The notes under the pieces are model-generated. The model did no database searches. It saw only the letters and a program-made list of their open reading frames with translations, and had not been told where the DNA came from. Source: Octopus sinensis (taxonomy: Eukaryota). Taken from it: a stretch of DNA of 57,589 nucleotides. The stretch spans positions 1-57,589 of the forward strand of contig NW_021833599.1 in the NCBI RefSeq assembly GCF_006345805.1, read 5' to 3'. Numbering within the stretch: position 1 is the stretch's first letter; each line of letters begins with the position of its first letter. Positions 12,204 through 25,321 of the stretch are shown piece after piece. The position numbers and the translations under genes were made by a program.

Positions 12204-12345
12204 GACAGGCTTCTTTCAGTTTCCTTCTACTAAATCTACTTAGAACCCTTTTGTTGGCCCGAGGCTATACAGCAGAAGACACTTGCCCCAAGAGATTTTC
12301 CCAGAGGAATTGAACCCGCAGCCATGTTACCACACAGATATCTGC
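12200..12345 (-). mobile_element. SINE B/C module B
   Basis: ACGACAGGCTTCTTTCAGTTTCC...GAAGACACTTGCCCCAAG...TTACCACACAG. Confidence 0.75.
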
Positions 12346-12884
12346 TTATAAGGAGAAATTTGTTAAAGAAAAAATTAAGATTATTAGTATTATCATTATT
12401 ATTAAGGCAGAGAGCTGGCAGAATTGTAAACGCGCCGGATAAGGTACTTAGCGGCATTTGGTCCGTCTTTGCACTCTCTTTCTAATTCATGATGCGTTTA
12501 ATTAAGTTGATTCGTACATTTTCCTCACTTCTCGTTAATAATGGACAGCCTTCTTGATAATAAGAGACTCACTTACGACTTATTCCACTGGCATTTTGTT
12601 GTAAGTTTGCCAAACGCTTATACCTTACATTTAAGTCCTCTTCAGTTGATGCGATTCATGTTTGAACTGCGCGTTAAAATACCGATTAAACAAATCGTAA
12701 AGCGTCACTATTTCCGCTTTATTCGGGAACAGATAATCTGTCTGGTCACACTTGATGCTTGTCGCCATTTCCTTTATCAGCCAGCCGGACAAGGACAAAC
12801 TGTTCAGTCTCTTTCCAATATGAATGTATATATACGGTATATAGATGCTGAAATATTTTGAATTTCTATTTTTTAGTTTTGTTA

Positions 12885-13050
12885 TATTAGTTTCAAATTT
12901 TGGCACAAGGCCAGCAATTTCGGGTAAAGGGGCAAGTCGATTATATCGACCACAGTGCTCAGCTGGTACTTATTTTATCGATCCCGAAATGATGAAAGGC
13001 AAAGTCGACCACAGCAGAATTAGAACTCAGATCGTAAGGACGGACGAAAT
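12885..13050 (-). mobile_element. SINE family A
   Basis: GGCACAAGGCCAGCAATTT...GTCGATTATATCGACC...GATGAAAGGCAAAGTCGACC. A further fragment is at 13110-13180. Confidence 0.8.
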
Positions 13051-13065
13051 AATTACTTAATAACA

Positions 13066-13111
<46 letters not shown>

Positions 13112-13509
13112 TGTACCAGTATTCGATTGGTACTTATTTTATGGAACCCGAAAGGATGAAAGGCAAAGTCGGCTTCAGCGAGTCTTTCTACTATAGGTAA
13201 CACATCTGTAGCTGGGCCTATGAACCGTCATTAAAGTCGCATATTTTCATTTGTATTTATTACTTATACGTAAAAGGAACAGTACGTCCTTATTCTCTCT
13301 TTTTCCATTCTGTTAATACATAAATTACAGTGGAACGTTGTTTATTGGAAATTACTACTTTTTTTATGAGGAGATTTCAAATATTTTTAAAGTAAATATA
13401 TACACCTCGTTGCATTTGCTTACAAATATACGCACGTTAATGCACAAAAATAACGCGCGTGTGTGTGTGTGTGTGCGTGCATGTGTGTGTATATGTTTGT
13501 GTGTCTGTG

Positions 13510-13730
13510 TTGTCCCCCCAACATCTCTTGACAGCCGATGCTGGTGTGTTTACGTCCCTGTAACTTAGCGGTTCGGCAAAATAGCCCGATAGAATAAGTA
13601 CTTGGCTTACAAAGAATAAGTCCTGGGGTCGATTTTCTCGACTAAAGGTGGTGCTCCAGCATGGCCGCAGTAAACTAACTGAAACAAGTAAAAGAGTAAA
13701 AAAGAGTAAAAGAGTAAAAGAGTAAAAGAG
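13510..13730 (+). mobile_element. SINE B/C module C with (TAAAAGAG)n tail
   Basis: Near-consensus module C ending in tandem GAGTAAAA units. Confidence 0.85.
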
Positions 13731-13789
13731 TATATATATATATATATTTTAACATCAAACAGTACACACATACATAGATACACATTTGG

Positions 13790-15535
13790 TCTGTGTATGT
13801 GTGTGTATGTGTGTATATGTGTGTGTATTGTGTGTATTGTGTGTATGTGTGTATATGTGTGTGTATGTGTGTGTATTGTGTGTATATGTGTGTATGTGTG
13901 GTATTGTGTGTATTGTGATTGTGTGTATTGTGTGTATTGTGGTATGGTGTATGTGGTGTATTGTGTGTTGTGTGTATATGTGTGTGTATTGTGTGATTGT
14001 GTGTATGTGTGTGTATTGTGTGTATTGTGTGTATGTGTGTGTATTGTGTGTATGTGTGTATATGTGTGTGTATTGTGTGTATTGTGTGTATTGTGTGTAT
14101 TGTGTGTATGTGTGTGTATTGTGTGTATGTGTGTGTATTGTGTGTATGTGTGTATATGTGTGTGTATTGTGTGTATTGTGTGTATTGTGTGTATGTGTGT
14201 GTATTGTGTGTATGTGTGTATATGTGTGTATTGTGTGTATGTGTGTATATGTGTGTGTATTGTGTGTATTGTGTGTATTGTGTGTATGTGTGTGTATTGT
14301 GTGTATGTGTGTATATGTGTGTATTGTGTGTATGTGTGTATATGTGTGTGTATTGTGTGTATTGTGTGTATGTGTGTGTATTGTGTGTATTGTGTGTATT
14401 GTGTGTATGTGTGTGTATTGTGTGTATTGTGTGTATGTGTGTGTATTGTGTGTATGTGTGTATATGTGTGTGTATTGTGTGTATTGTGTGTATTGTGTGT
14501 ATTGTGTGTATGTGTGTGTATTGTGTGTATGTGTGTGTATTGTGTGTATGTGTGTATATGTGTGTGTATGTGTGTGTATTGTGTGTATTGTGTGTATTGT
14601 GTGTATGTGTGTGTATTGTGTGTATGTGTGTGTATGTGTGTGTATTGTGTGTATATGTGTGTATGTGTGTGTATTGTGTGTATTGTGTGTATGTGTGTGT
14701 ATTGTGTGTATTGTGTGTATGTGTGTGTATTGTGTGTATTGTGTGTATGTGTGTGTATGTGTGTGTATTGTGTGTATATGTGTGTATGTGTGTGTATTGT
14801 GTGTATTGTGTGTATTGTGTGTATGTGTGTGTATTGTGTGTATGTGTGTGTATGTGTGTGTATTGTGTGTATATGTGTGTATGTGTGTGTATTGTGTGTA
14901 TTGTGTGTATGTGTGTGTATTGTGTGTATTGTGTGTATGTGTGTGTATTGTGTGTATGTGTGTGTATTGTGTGTGTATTGTGTGTATATGTGTGTATGTG
15001 TGTGTATTGTGTGTATTGTGTGTATGTGTGTGTATTGTGTGTATTGTGTGTATGTGTGTGTATTGTGTGTATTGTGTGTATATGTGTGTATGTGTGTGTA
15101 TTGTGTGTATTGTGTGTATTGTGTGTATTGTGTGTATGTGTGTGTATTGTGTGTATTGTGTGTATATGTGTGTATGTGTGTGTATTGTGTGTATTGTGTG
15201 TATGTGTGTGTATTGTGTGTATTGTGTGTATGTGTGTGTATTGTGTGTATGTGTGTGTATGTGTGTGTATTGTGTGTATATGTGTGTATGTGTGTGTATG
15301 TGTGTGTATTGTGTGTATATGTGTGTATGTGTGTGTATTGTGTGTATTGTGTGTATGTGTGTGTATTGTGTGTATTGTGTGTATTGTGTGTATTGTGTGT
15401 ATGTGTGTGTATGTGTGTGTATTGTGTGTATATGTGTGTATGTGTGTGTATGTGTGTGTATTGTGTGTATATGTGTGTATTGTGTGTATTATGTGTATGT
15501 GTGTGTATGTGTGTGTATTGTGTGTATATGTGTCT
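13790..15535. repeat. About 1.75 kb complex GT-rich satellite
   Basis: Built almost only from ATTGTGTGT, ATGTGTGTGT and ATATGTGTGT blocks. Confidence 0.95.
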
Positions 15536-15606
15536 GTGCATGTCTTTGTGCTTACCCACCACCTCCCTTGGCAATCAAAGTTGACTGACAGAATAATTAC
15601 CGGACC

Positions 15607-16010
15607 AAGGCGCCGAACTGGCAGAATCGTTAGCACGCCGAGTGAAATGCTTAGCGGTATTTCGTCTGCCGCTACGTTCTGAGTTCAAATTCCGCCGAGG
15701 TCGACTTTGCCTTTCATCCTTTCGGGGTCGACAAATTAAGTACCAGTTACGCACTGGGGTCGATGTAATCGACTTAATCCGTTTGTCTGTCCTTGTTTGT
15801 CCCCTCTGTGTTCAGCCCCTTGTGGGTAGTAAAGAAATATGTATTTCGTCTGCCACTACGTTCTGAGTTCAAATTCCGCCAAGGTCGACTTTGCCTTTCA
15901 TCCTTTCGTGCTCAATAAATTAAGTACCAGTTGCGTACTGGGGTCGATCTAATCGACTGGCTCCCACCTCCAAAATTTCGGGCCTTGTGCCTACAGTAGA
16001 AAAGAATAAT
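15607..16010 (+). mobile_element. Tandem SINE family A dimer with two different 3' tails
   Basis: The full copy 15607-15840 has tail CCCTCTGTGTTCAGCCCCTTGTGGG. The 5'-truncated copy from 15841 has tail AAAATTTCGGGCCTTGTGCC. Confidence 0.9.
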
Positions 16011-16594
16011 TACCAGACATCAAAATATAAGTTCCAGAGTCAATATCTGTTCGACTAAGCCCTTGAAGGTAGTGCTCCAGCCTGGCCGCAGTCTAATCAC
16101 TGAAACGAGTAAAGGAATAAAGGAAAAACAACGGAACGTGTAAATATGAAGAATGCGTTGTCTTGAAATTCTTCTTATTTTCTCATCGAATAAAAAGCAA
16201 CAATTCTTAATCGTCTTTCAATGAATCTAAGACAATAAAACAAAGAAATAGATAAAATAAATAAAATAAAATAGGCAAATTTCTAGTTTGTAGGATTAAT
16301 GACATCGGAATGTAGAAATATTTTGGTGGTAAATTTGTGTCAATAGGCCAAATGTGTGTAATCTATGACAACGTATAGTCACCCATTCGTTAATAACGAA
16401 AAGAATCTATTGAAAAATAAATATTTAATTGATTAAAAGATTGTAATGCCAACATTCCATTCTATACTATTCCATTCCATTCCATTCTATTTCATTCTAT
16501 TCCAAAACGATATGGCGTTTATTTGTTTTAGTTGCATTTTTTGATGCCTTCAATTTCCTATTATTATTATTATTAATATTATTATTATTATTAA

Positions 16595-16637
<43 letters not shown>

Positions 16638-16734
16638 TTCATTACATTTGAGCGAAAGAGATAGAGAGCGAAAGAGAGAGAGAGAGAGAGAGAGAGAAGG
16701 GGAAAGAGAGAGAGAGAAACGCTTGGCAGTCAGT

Positions 16735-16895
16735 GTTTCTTTTTATGTCCCCGACACTGAGCGGTTCAGCCAAGAAACCGATAGAATAAGTACCGGTCTT
16801 TAAAAAAAAATTCTGGAGTTTGATTTGTTCGACTAAAATCTCTTGAATACGCAGCCCCAGCATGGCCGCAGTCCAAGGACTGATACAAGTAAGAA
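16735..16895 (+). mobile_element. SINE B/C module C
   Basis: GCGGTTCAGCCAAGAAACCGATAGAATAAGTAC...CCAGCATGGCCGCAGTC. Confidence 0.8.
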
Positions 16896-16951
16896 AAAAA
16901 TAAAAAGAAAAAGAATAATGGAAGAAATATCGAAAGTGAAAGTGAAAGTAT

Positions 16952-17121
16952 GCGCAGGAGTGGCTGTGTGGTAAGTAGCTTGCTTACCAACCACATGGTT
17001 CCGGGTTCAGTCCCACTGCGTGGCATCTTGGGCAAGTGTCTTCTGCTATAGCCCCGAGCCGACCAATGCCTTGTGAGTGGATTTGGTAGACGGAAACTGA
17101 AAGAAGCCTGTCGTATATATC

Positions 17122-17164
<43 letters not shown>

Positions 17165-17381
17165 TTGTGTGTCTGTTTTTGTCCCCCTAGCATTGCTTGA
17201 CAACCGATGCTGGTGTGTTTACGTCCCCGTCACTTAGCGGTTCGGCAAAGAGACCGATAGAATAAGTACTGGGCTTACAAAAGAATAAGTCCCGGGGTCG
17301 ATTTGCTCGACTAAAGGCGGTGCTCCAGCATGGCCGCAGTCAAAATGACTGAAACTAGTAAAAGAGTAAAAGAGAAAGAGT
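16952..17381 (+). mobile_element. Full composite CORE-SINE B/C with internal (TA)n(TG)n
   Basis: Head GGAGTGGCTGTGTGGTAAG, B-box-like GGGTTCAGTCC, CORE-like GGCATCTTGGGCAAGTGTC, microsatellite 17114-17165, module C, AAAGAGT tail. CORE-SINEs (OR1/OR2) are known from octopus; I did not verify the exact family. Confidence 0.9.
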
Positions 17382-17699
17382 ATGTTCATGTATAACAATG
17401 TCGGAAAATTGTTTCGTATTCGTCTTTCTTTTGATGTTGTTGTTGCGACCACAGCATCGTCAGCTTAATTTCAATCAAGCACTTGTATGCGGCACCGAAC
17501 AACAAAACTCCCATTACCATCATACATGCATGTCTCTCTGTTATCCCCACGCATCACCACTACTATGTACGAGCCAACGAGGATGGTTTTACGTGATTAT
17601 TCTGCCTGCTAGATATAGCAGCCAAATCTATCTCAACTCAAGTTTACACGCTCAAGTTTACAAAGCTAATAAACATTGAATGATGGTGGTATTCCGTGG

Positions 17700-19300
<1,601 letters not shown>

Positions 19301-19899
19301 CGTGAATATGTGCATTTTGTGATGATATGTAAATAAGAGGCCTCGGGCGCATGCTCAGGCAATATTGATTAATAAAATCGATTCTACCTTTGCTTAAAAT
19401 AAATAGGTCGACTGTGAAAAGAGCTACATGCAAAAATCAAAAAAACAAGAAAAAGAAAAAAAAAAAAGAAATATCTCGCTTCCACATATCGAAATACGAA
19501 CACTTGGCGCAAACTAACTGAAAACACACGCGCGCGCGCGTGCAACGAAAAAACACCCAAAAGAAAACCGCAACATTTATATTATTATATACAATTTCAA
19601 TTCCCCCGTCTCGTCCCTATCGGTACATCTTTCAAAATAATTCACACGCGTTGCCTGTTATTTGCATTCTTATAAGTCACACAACGCACCGTATATGCAT
19701 GTATACGTTTGTATTGAAATAAGATTCGAAGCACGATTGGCTCAATTCAAATAAATAGAATAGAATAGAAAGAAAAAACATTTTTTAGTAGTAATTAAAA
19801 TTTATTTAACCAACTTCGATACGCAAACCTCGCAATTACCTTTGCCGTTCTCATAGCACATACAACTTCATACTTACGTGCATACATACATTTATATAA

Positions 19900-19943
<44 letters not shown>

Positions 19944-20045
19944 ATGAATATGTATATAAATAAATGGATTCACGGTAACTGCAGTGAATTTGCCTTTTAG
20001 CAGTTGAAATATTTCACAAACATATTTCAACTAACCGAAATTTTG

Positions 20046-20087
<42 letters not shown>

Positions 20088-20986
20088 TATGTATGTATGT
20101 ATATACATGTGAGTGTGTGCGTGTATGTTGTGCACAGTCGATAAAAATACGTGTAAAAGAGAACAATAGTAAATCATACCCTCAACAGCTACCTCGCTGA
20201 GGATATGTAGTTTTGATACCTTGAAATGGAACTACTATAGATGTGTCAAGTAACAATAGATGCAGGGTTAGGCATCTTATATTTTGGAGACGAGACATAC
20301 ATACAAAAATCAAATAAATCGCGAAATGGAAATGGAATCTTGATTACCGTGACGGTAGAAATGCAAAGATAGGGAAAGAAAGTATGTTTTTTTAAGACTT
20401 GCGATTAAGACAAGAAAACTGAAAGCATAGATATGGATAAGATAAAGTTGAGTTAAATGAAATTTAATTATTTTTTGATAAAATACGATAAAATAAAATG
20501 AAACAAATCACGTGCAACAAGAACGAAGCAGAAAAAAAGAAGAAATATGATCCATGTATTTACAGATGAATTAAAAGATAAAATAGAGTTTTGGCTACAG
20601 TGGAAGCAGGAAGTGGCAAGTTGAGAATGGCAGGAGGCAGAGTGTACAGAAACAGTTGCCTAACAAACCGTATCTAGTGGTTATTGACATCATTAAAGTA
20701 GCAGTTCTATCTCAAGGCGTGAAAATTGCGTATCCTTAGCGAGAAAGCTGATGAAGGGATTATTTTCGATTGTTCTGTCTTTTACATGTTTTTATTATTT
20801 GTTCATGTTCCTTACATTAATGATTGTCTACACACATAGCCAAAGTTTCTTGTACGTTATACGGAGGTAGAGTTTATGTGTCTGTTAAAGCTGGAACTTC
20901 CATTCGTCTCTGCTGGAAGACTCAAATGCCTGTTTGTCAATGCGACAGATCGTAATGCAATATTCTGAGTCTGGTACAAAAACAAG

Positions 20987-21038
<52 letters not shown>

Positions 21039-21908
21039 GCCATAAGGCTTATGATTGGTACTAATGTAAAGCTGGAGTGATTGATAGTCTGCAAAGAGAT
21101 CGATACTCGTTAAAGCTCAACACTTAATTCCCACCGCCCATCCATACATACACCCATCCCTTCTCCCATCCAATGACCCAGACACCCAACTACCCTTTCC
21201 AGTCGCCCAACTACCCATCTAGCCACCCAACCAAGCTACAACATTGGGTTGCATATTAATTTTTTTTTTCTAACACAGCCTGTTTATTATTCCATTAGCC
21301 GTTCAGATTTTGTCAGTTTTACAAAGTAATTGATCGTCAATTAGTTGCCTTCATAAAACTTCTCCATCATTCCTTTTATGATGTTCCATCGCTCTTCCGT
21401 CTCTCTTTCAATCTAGAGAAATTCGCAGATGTCTATACACACATGAATCTTTAGTCTTTTAGTTGTTTTATTTACTGGGGCTGTGCCCCACCCCTGCAGG
21501 GGTACTGCCATGAAGGGTTTTAGTCAAATAAATCAACTCTATTACTTTAAAAAAAGAAGAAATTCTGGTACTTCTATTGTTCGTGTATTTTACGCCTCTG
21601 TAACTAAGTGGTTCGGCAATAAGCGACCGACTACATAGGTATCAGACTTTAAGATATAAATATCGGGATCGATTCTAACATCAGTGATTGGAGATAAACA
21701 CAACGATACAAAGACATACACATATAAATACATTTATTAACGGATTCAACATAGTTTCCCTCTCTCAAATTTACTAACAAGGTACATGTCGGCCCCGGGT
21801 GATGAGCAGTAGGATTGAACCTGAAACCACGTGATTGCAAAGTGAAGTTCTTAAACAAAAATATAACAGTACACTTCTCTCAATCTCTCCTTCCCCCTCT
21901 CTCTCTCT

Positions 21909-21948
<40 letters not shown>

Positions 21949-22797
21949 AACTTACTTGGAGAATAAGAAATATATATATATTATTCAAAGAAATTGCAAC
22001 TTTGTTTTTTATGTTTTATTTATATTCTTTATAATATTAATGTAGAATATAGAATATATAGTATAAAAAGTATATATAGTATAATGAAGTGAAGTATTGA
22101 TTGCCTTATTGAATAGATGAAATATTGAATATCAAATATTAAGGTACTAGTATACATTCTTGCATTAAAGCAGTCTTCAAGGTCCCAGGTTGTGACAGGA
22201 GTGTTTACATACATACACAAAACACACACACACAAATATATACCCACATTTACTATCTCTGATTTTATCCTTATCTATCTTTCTATTTTCTCTTCATTTA
22301 TATCTACTCCATCGCCCTGCATATGTATACATATCGGCAATCTTGTCCGCTCATCAATATCCCGTCGGCTTATGTTACTGACACAGCCAAATTGAACAAC
22401 ATTATCGGAAGGTGTCGAAACGGTGATGATATTTGTTCAATAACTGATGAGGGATTATACCTGCATCAATGGAGTGAGGTCTTTTTCCTGCTTCCCTTAT
22501 GTTCCTTTGTCGTCCCCCTGCGCCACCCCCCGACACATTCTTCAAGCTCCCCCCTGACACTGTTCCCACCTCATTTACTCTTCTAACATTATCTCGTGCC
22601 TCCTACTAGAATCTGTTCATCTCTCTCTGTCTCTGTCTGTATGTTTACCTAATAATCTCTTTATATTCCTTTATCTCTCCATCTGCCAAGGGTGTGGATT
22701 AGTTAAATGGTTTGAGCACAGAACAAAATGCTTCGCATTATTTGCACCGGTGCTTTATGCTCCGAGTTCAAATACCTCCGAGGATAATTAATGGTAG

Positions 22798-23123
22798 CTC
22801 ATTACCTCGTGGAAGCGTCATCCAACCAAAATGCAAATATATGGGAAACTACCACCTGTGTCATCTCTTGTGAAAGGTAGGAGAGTCCAGTTTGCTAGAC
22901 ATTGTTGTAGAGCTGAAAACGAGGCAATTTCTACTCTTCTCCTCTGGAAGTCATCTACTCGCAATACCAGAGGGCGTACACTCTCCTACCCTGATGTAAT
23001 CTCCAGGGATACAGGCATCCAGCAACAGGACCTCCGTAATGCCATGATGGACCGTGAAGTCTGGCGTAGCATGGTAAATTCCATTGTCTCGACCACGGTC
23101 GAACAATGATGATGATGATGATA
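22798..23123 (+). mobile_element. 5'-truncated RTE-type LINE 3' end with (TGA)n tail
   Basis: Open frame LITSWKRHPTKMQIYGKLPPVS...RRVQFARHC...LLLW...RG...AMMDREVWR...* matches the RTE C-terminal pattern (RRLRFAGHC, A.DR..WR), followed by (ATG)5. Confidence 0.9.
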
Positions 23124-23124
23124 G

Positions 23125-23365
23125 TTAGGAGAGTTTGAATCACGATCATAACATAATAGGTTCGATTTTCACATCACGTGGTGTCTTGTGTCTTTAAGCA
23201 AGGCACTTCATCTCACATTGTCCCAGTGCATAATTCTGGAAATGTGTATCGTCGTCTCCTGGGGATTAATCCTTTAACCCTGCAACGGACTGGCATCCCA
23301 TTCTTGTGGTTGAGAATGATGTATTCTCACCCAAATAATGATATAATCTCACTCGATAAATTAAG
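23125..23365 (+). mobile_element. Old CORE-type SINE with tail E
   Basis: GGTTCGATTTTC, TTGTGTCTTTAAGCAAGGCACTT, then AACCCTGCAACGGACTGGCATCCC as in 43253-43503. Confidence 0.55.
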
Positions 23366-23394
23366 GCTTACAAGGCTGTAGGTTTGAACAGGCT

Positions 23395-23790
23395 CTCCGT
23401 GTGATATGAAATTTGTTTCCCAAAGACTCGGTTCCAGGTTCAGTCCTGCTGCGTAGCACTTTGGGCAAATGTCTTCTCCTGTAGCCTAAGGCTGACCAAA
23501 GCCTTGTGAGTGGATTCAGTTGACGGAAACCGTAAGAAACCCGTCGTATATATATATATATATATATGCATATACGCACACATACATGTGTGTATGTGTT
23601 TGAGTGTGTGTGCGTGCGCTCGTTTCTTTGTGTCCGTGTTTGCACCCACCATCGCTTGACAACCAATGTTGGTGCGTTTACGTTCCCATAACGAGCGGTT
23701 CGGCAGAAGATACCGATAGAATTAGTATCAAGCTTGAAAAAAAAAAGTACTGGGGTCGGTTTATTCGACTAAAAATTCTTGAAGTTCTTA
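23395..23790 (+). mobile_element. Composite SINE B/C
   Basis: Module B, then (TA)n/(TG)n, then module C. Confidence 0.8.
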
Positions 23791-24052
23791 GACTGCGGTT
23801 TTACTGGGTTGTCAGACAAATTCGTTCCTGTTGGGGTTTTTTTTCCTTCTTCTTGGCACTCCGTCTTCGGACACCTGAAAAGAGGTAAAATTTATTCAAA
23901 TTTTAAGATAATGATAAACAAAAGATGAAGAGGAAAAACAATTACACAAGAAAAAAAAAACAAACAAAGAAAGAAGTGAACCACTATGCTAAAAATAAAT
24001 TTCTTGTTAATTCAAGTAATTTTAGAAAGCATTAAAATAAATGGTAAAACAA

Positions 24053-24208
24053 GATGTGGCCGTGTGGTAAGAAGCTAGCTTCCTAACCACCCGGTTCTGG
24101 GTTCAGTCCCACTACGTGGCACCTTGGGCAAGTGTCTTCTACTATATCCTCGGGCCGACCAAAGCATTGTGAGTGGATTTGGTAGTTGGAAACTGAAAGA
24201 AACCCGTC

Positions 24209-24284
<76 letters not shown>

Positions 24285-24545
24285 GTGCGTGTGTGTGTGT
24301 GTGTATGTATGTATATGTTTGTGTGTCTGCGTTTGCCCCTCCTCCATCATCGCTTGACAACCGATGCTGGTGTGTTTACGTCCCCGTAACTAGGCGGCTC
24401 GGCAAAAGAGAATCGATAGAATAAGTACCAGGCTTACAAAGAATAAGTCCCGGGGGGGGGGTCGACTTCTTCGACTAAAAGAGTGGTGCTCCAGCATGGC
24501 CGCAGTGAAATGCCTGAAACAAGTAAAAGAATAAAAGAATAAAAA
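24053..24545 (+). mobile_element. Full composite SINE B/C
   Basis: Head, GTGGCACCTTGGGCAAGTGTC, (TA)n(TG)n, module C and (AAAAGAAT)n tail. Confidence 0.9.
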
Positions 24546-24599
24546 AAAAACACGAAGAAGCGAATGAATTTGACAACCAAATATTAACCTGCCTTTTTC

Positions 24600-25177
24600 T
24601 TCTCCTTCTTTTCCCCAGTTCTCCAAGAACTCCCTTTTGATCCCTCTCTTTATTTCCCTGTGATTCTCTCTATAACCTTTATTCTAACTTTCAACCTTTT
24701 CTCTTTAATTCTCCTTCTTCCCTCTCTTCTTTCTTTCCTTCCGTCCTTCTTCGTCTCCTTCCTTTCTTTCTTTATCTCCTTCTGCTCAAACCTATCACAC
24801 TGTTTATATGTTTGTCTCTTCTTGTCCCCTTTTTATTCCGTTCTGTCTCTTCCAGTGTTTTGTTTTATAAGCATCCCTCTTATTTTCCTCGCTGTTATTT
24901 ATCGACAGTCTTCTTCCATTTCAACATGTCTGCCTTTTACTCTCCTAACACCTCTTTATCTCAGCATATAATATGTCTATTGTTTTATTTTTCTTCTTCC
25001 TTCCTTTACTTCTCTTACCATGACATTGTTTATCTCGTAAACACCTTCTCCCCATCCAGTTAGCTGGTCAGTTATCCAGCATTCTATCCATCCATCCATC
25101 CATCCATCCATCCATCCATCCATTCGTTCATCCATACATCTTTCTACCGAAGCACCCATGCAGCTATCCACTGTTTG

Positions 25178-25223
<46 letters not shown>

Positions 25224-25236
25224 ATCTATCTATCTA

Positions 25237-25274
<38 letters not shown>

Positions 25275-25288
25275 GTCTGTCTGTCTGT

Positions 25289-25321
<33 letters not shown>

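Noticed and set aside
12541-12906. Overlapping 106-aa (+) and 91-aa (-) ORFs in unique DNA
   Set aside because: No recognisable motif, and the splice sites do not bracket an open frame convincingly. Worth a BLAST but unsupported.
13607-15682. Five ORFs of 561-655 aa (His/Thr- or Cys/Val-rich)
   Set aside because: They are translations of a GT satellite that lacks stop codons. They are open on both strands and have no domain content.
19388-19411. 24-nt minus-strand microexon after a long T tract
   Set aside because: A/T runs are ubiquitous here and the donor GTAGAA is mediocre; cannot be supported without reads.
20566-20625. Acceptor followed by ELKDKIEFWLQWKQEVAS*
   Set aside because: Weak pyrimidine tract, no good donor and no homology.
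20748-20775. CTGATGAAGGG resembling a hammerhead start
   Set aside because: Followed by GATTG rather than GAAAC, with no helix I.
22323-22470. GDDI (RT-like) peptide and CTGATGA-GGG/CCT
   Set aside because: No other RT motifs in frame, and no GAAA follows the putative helix II.
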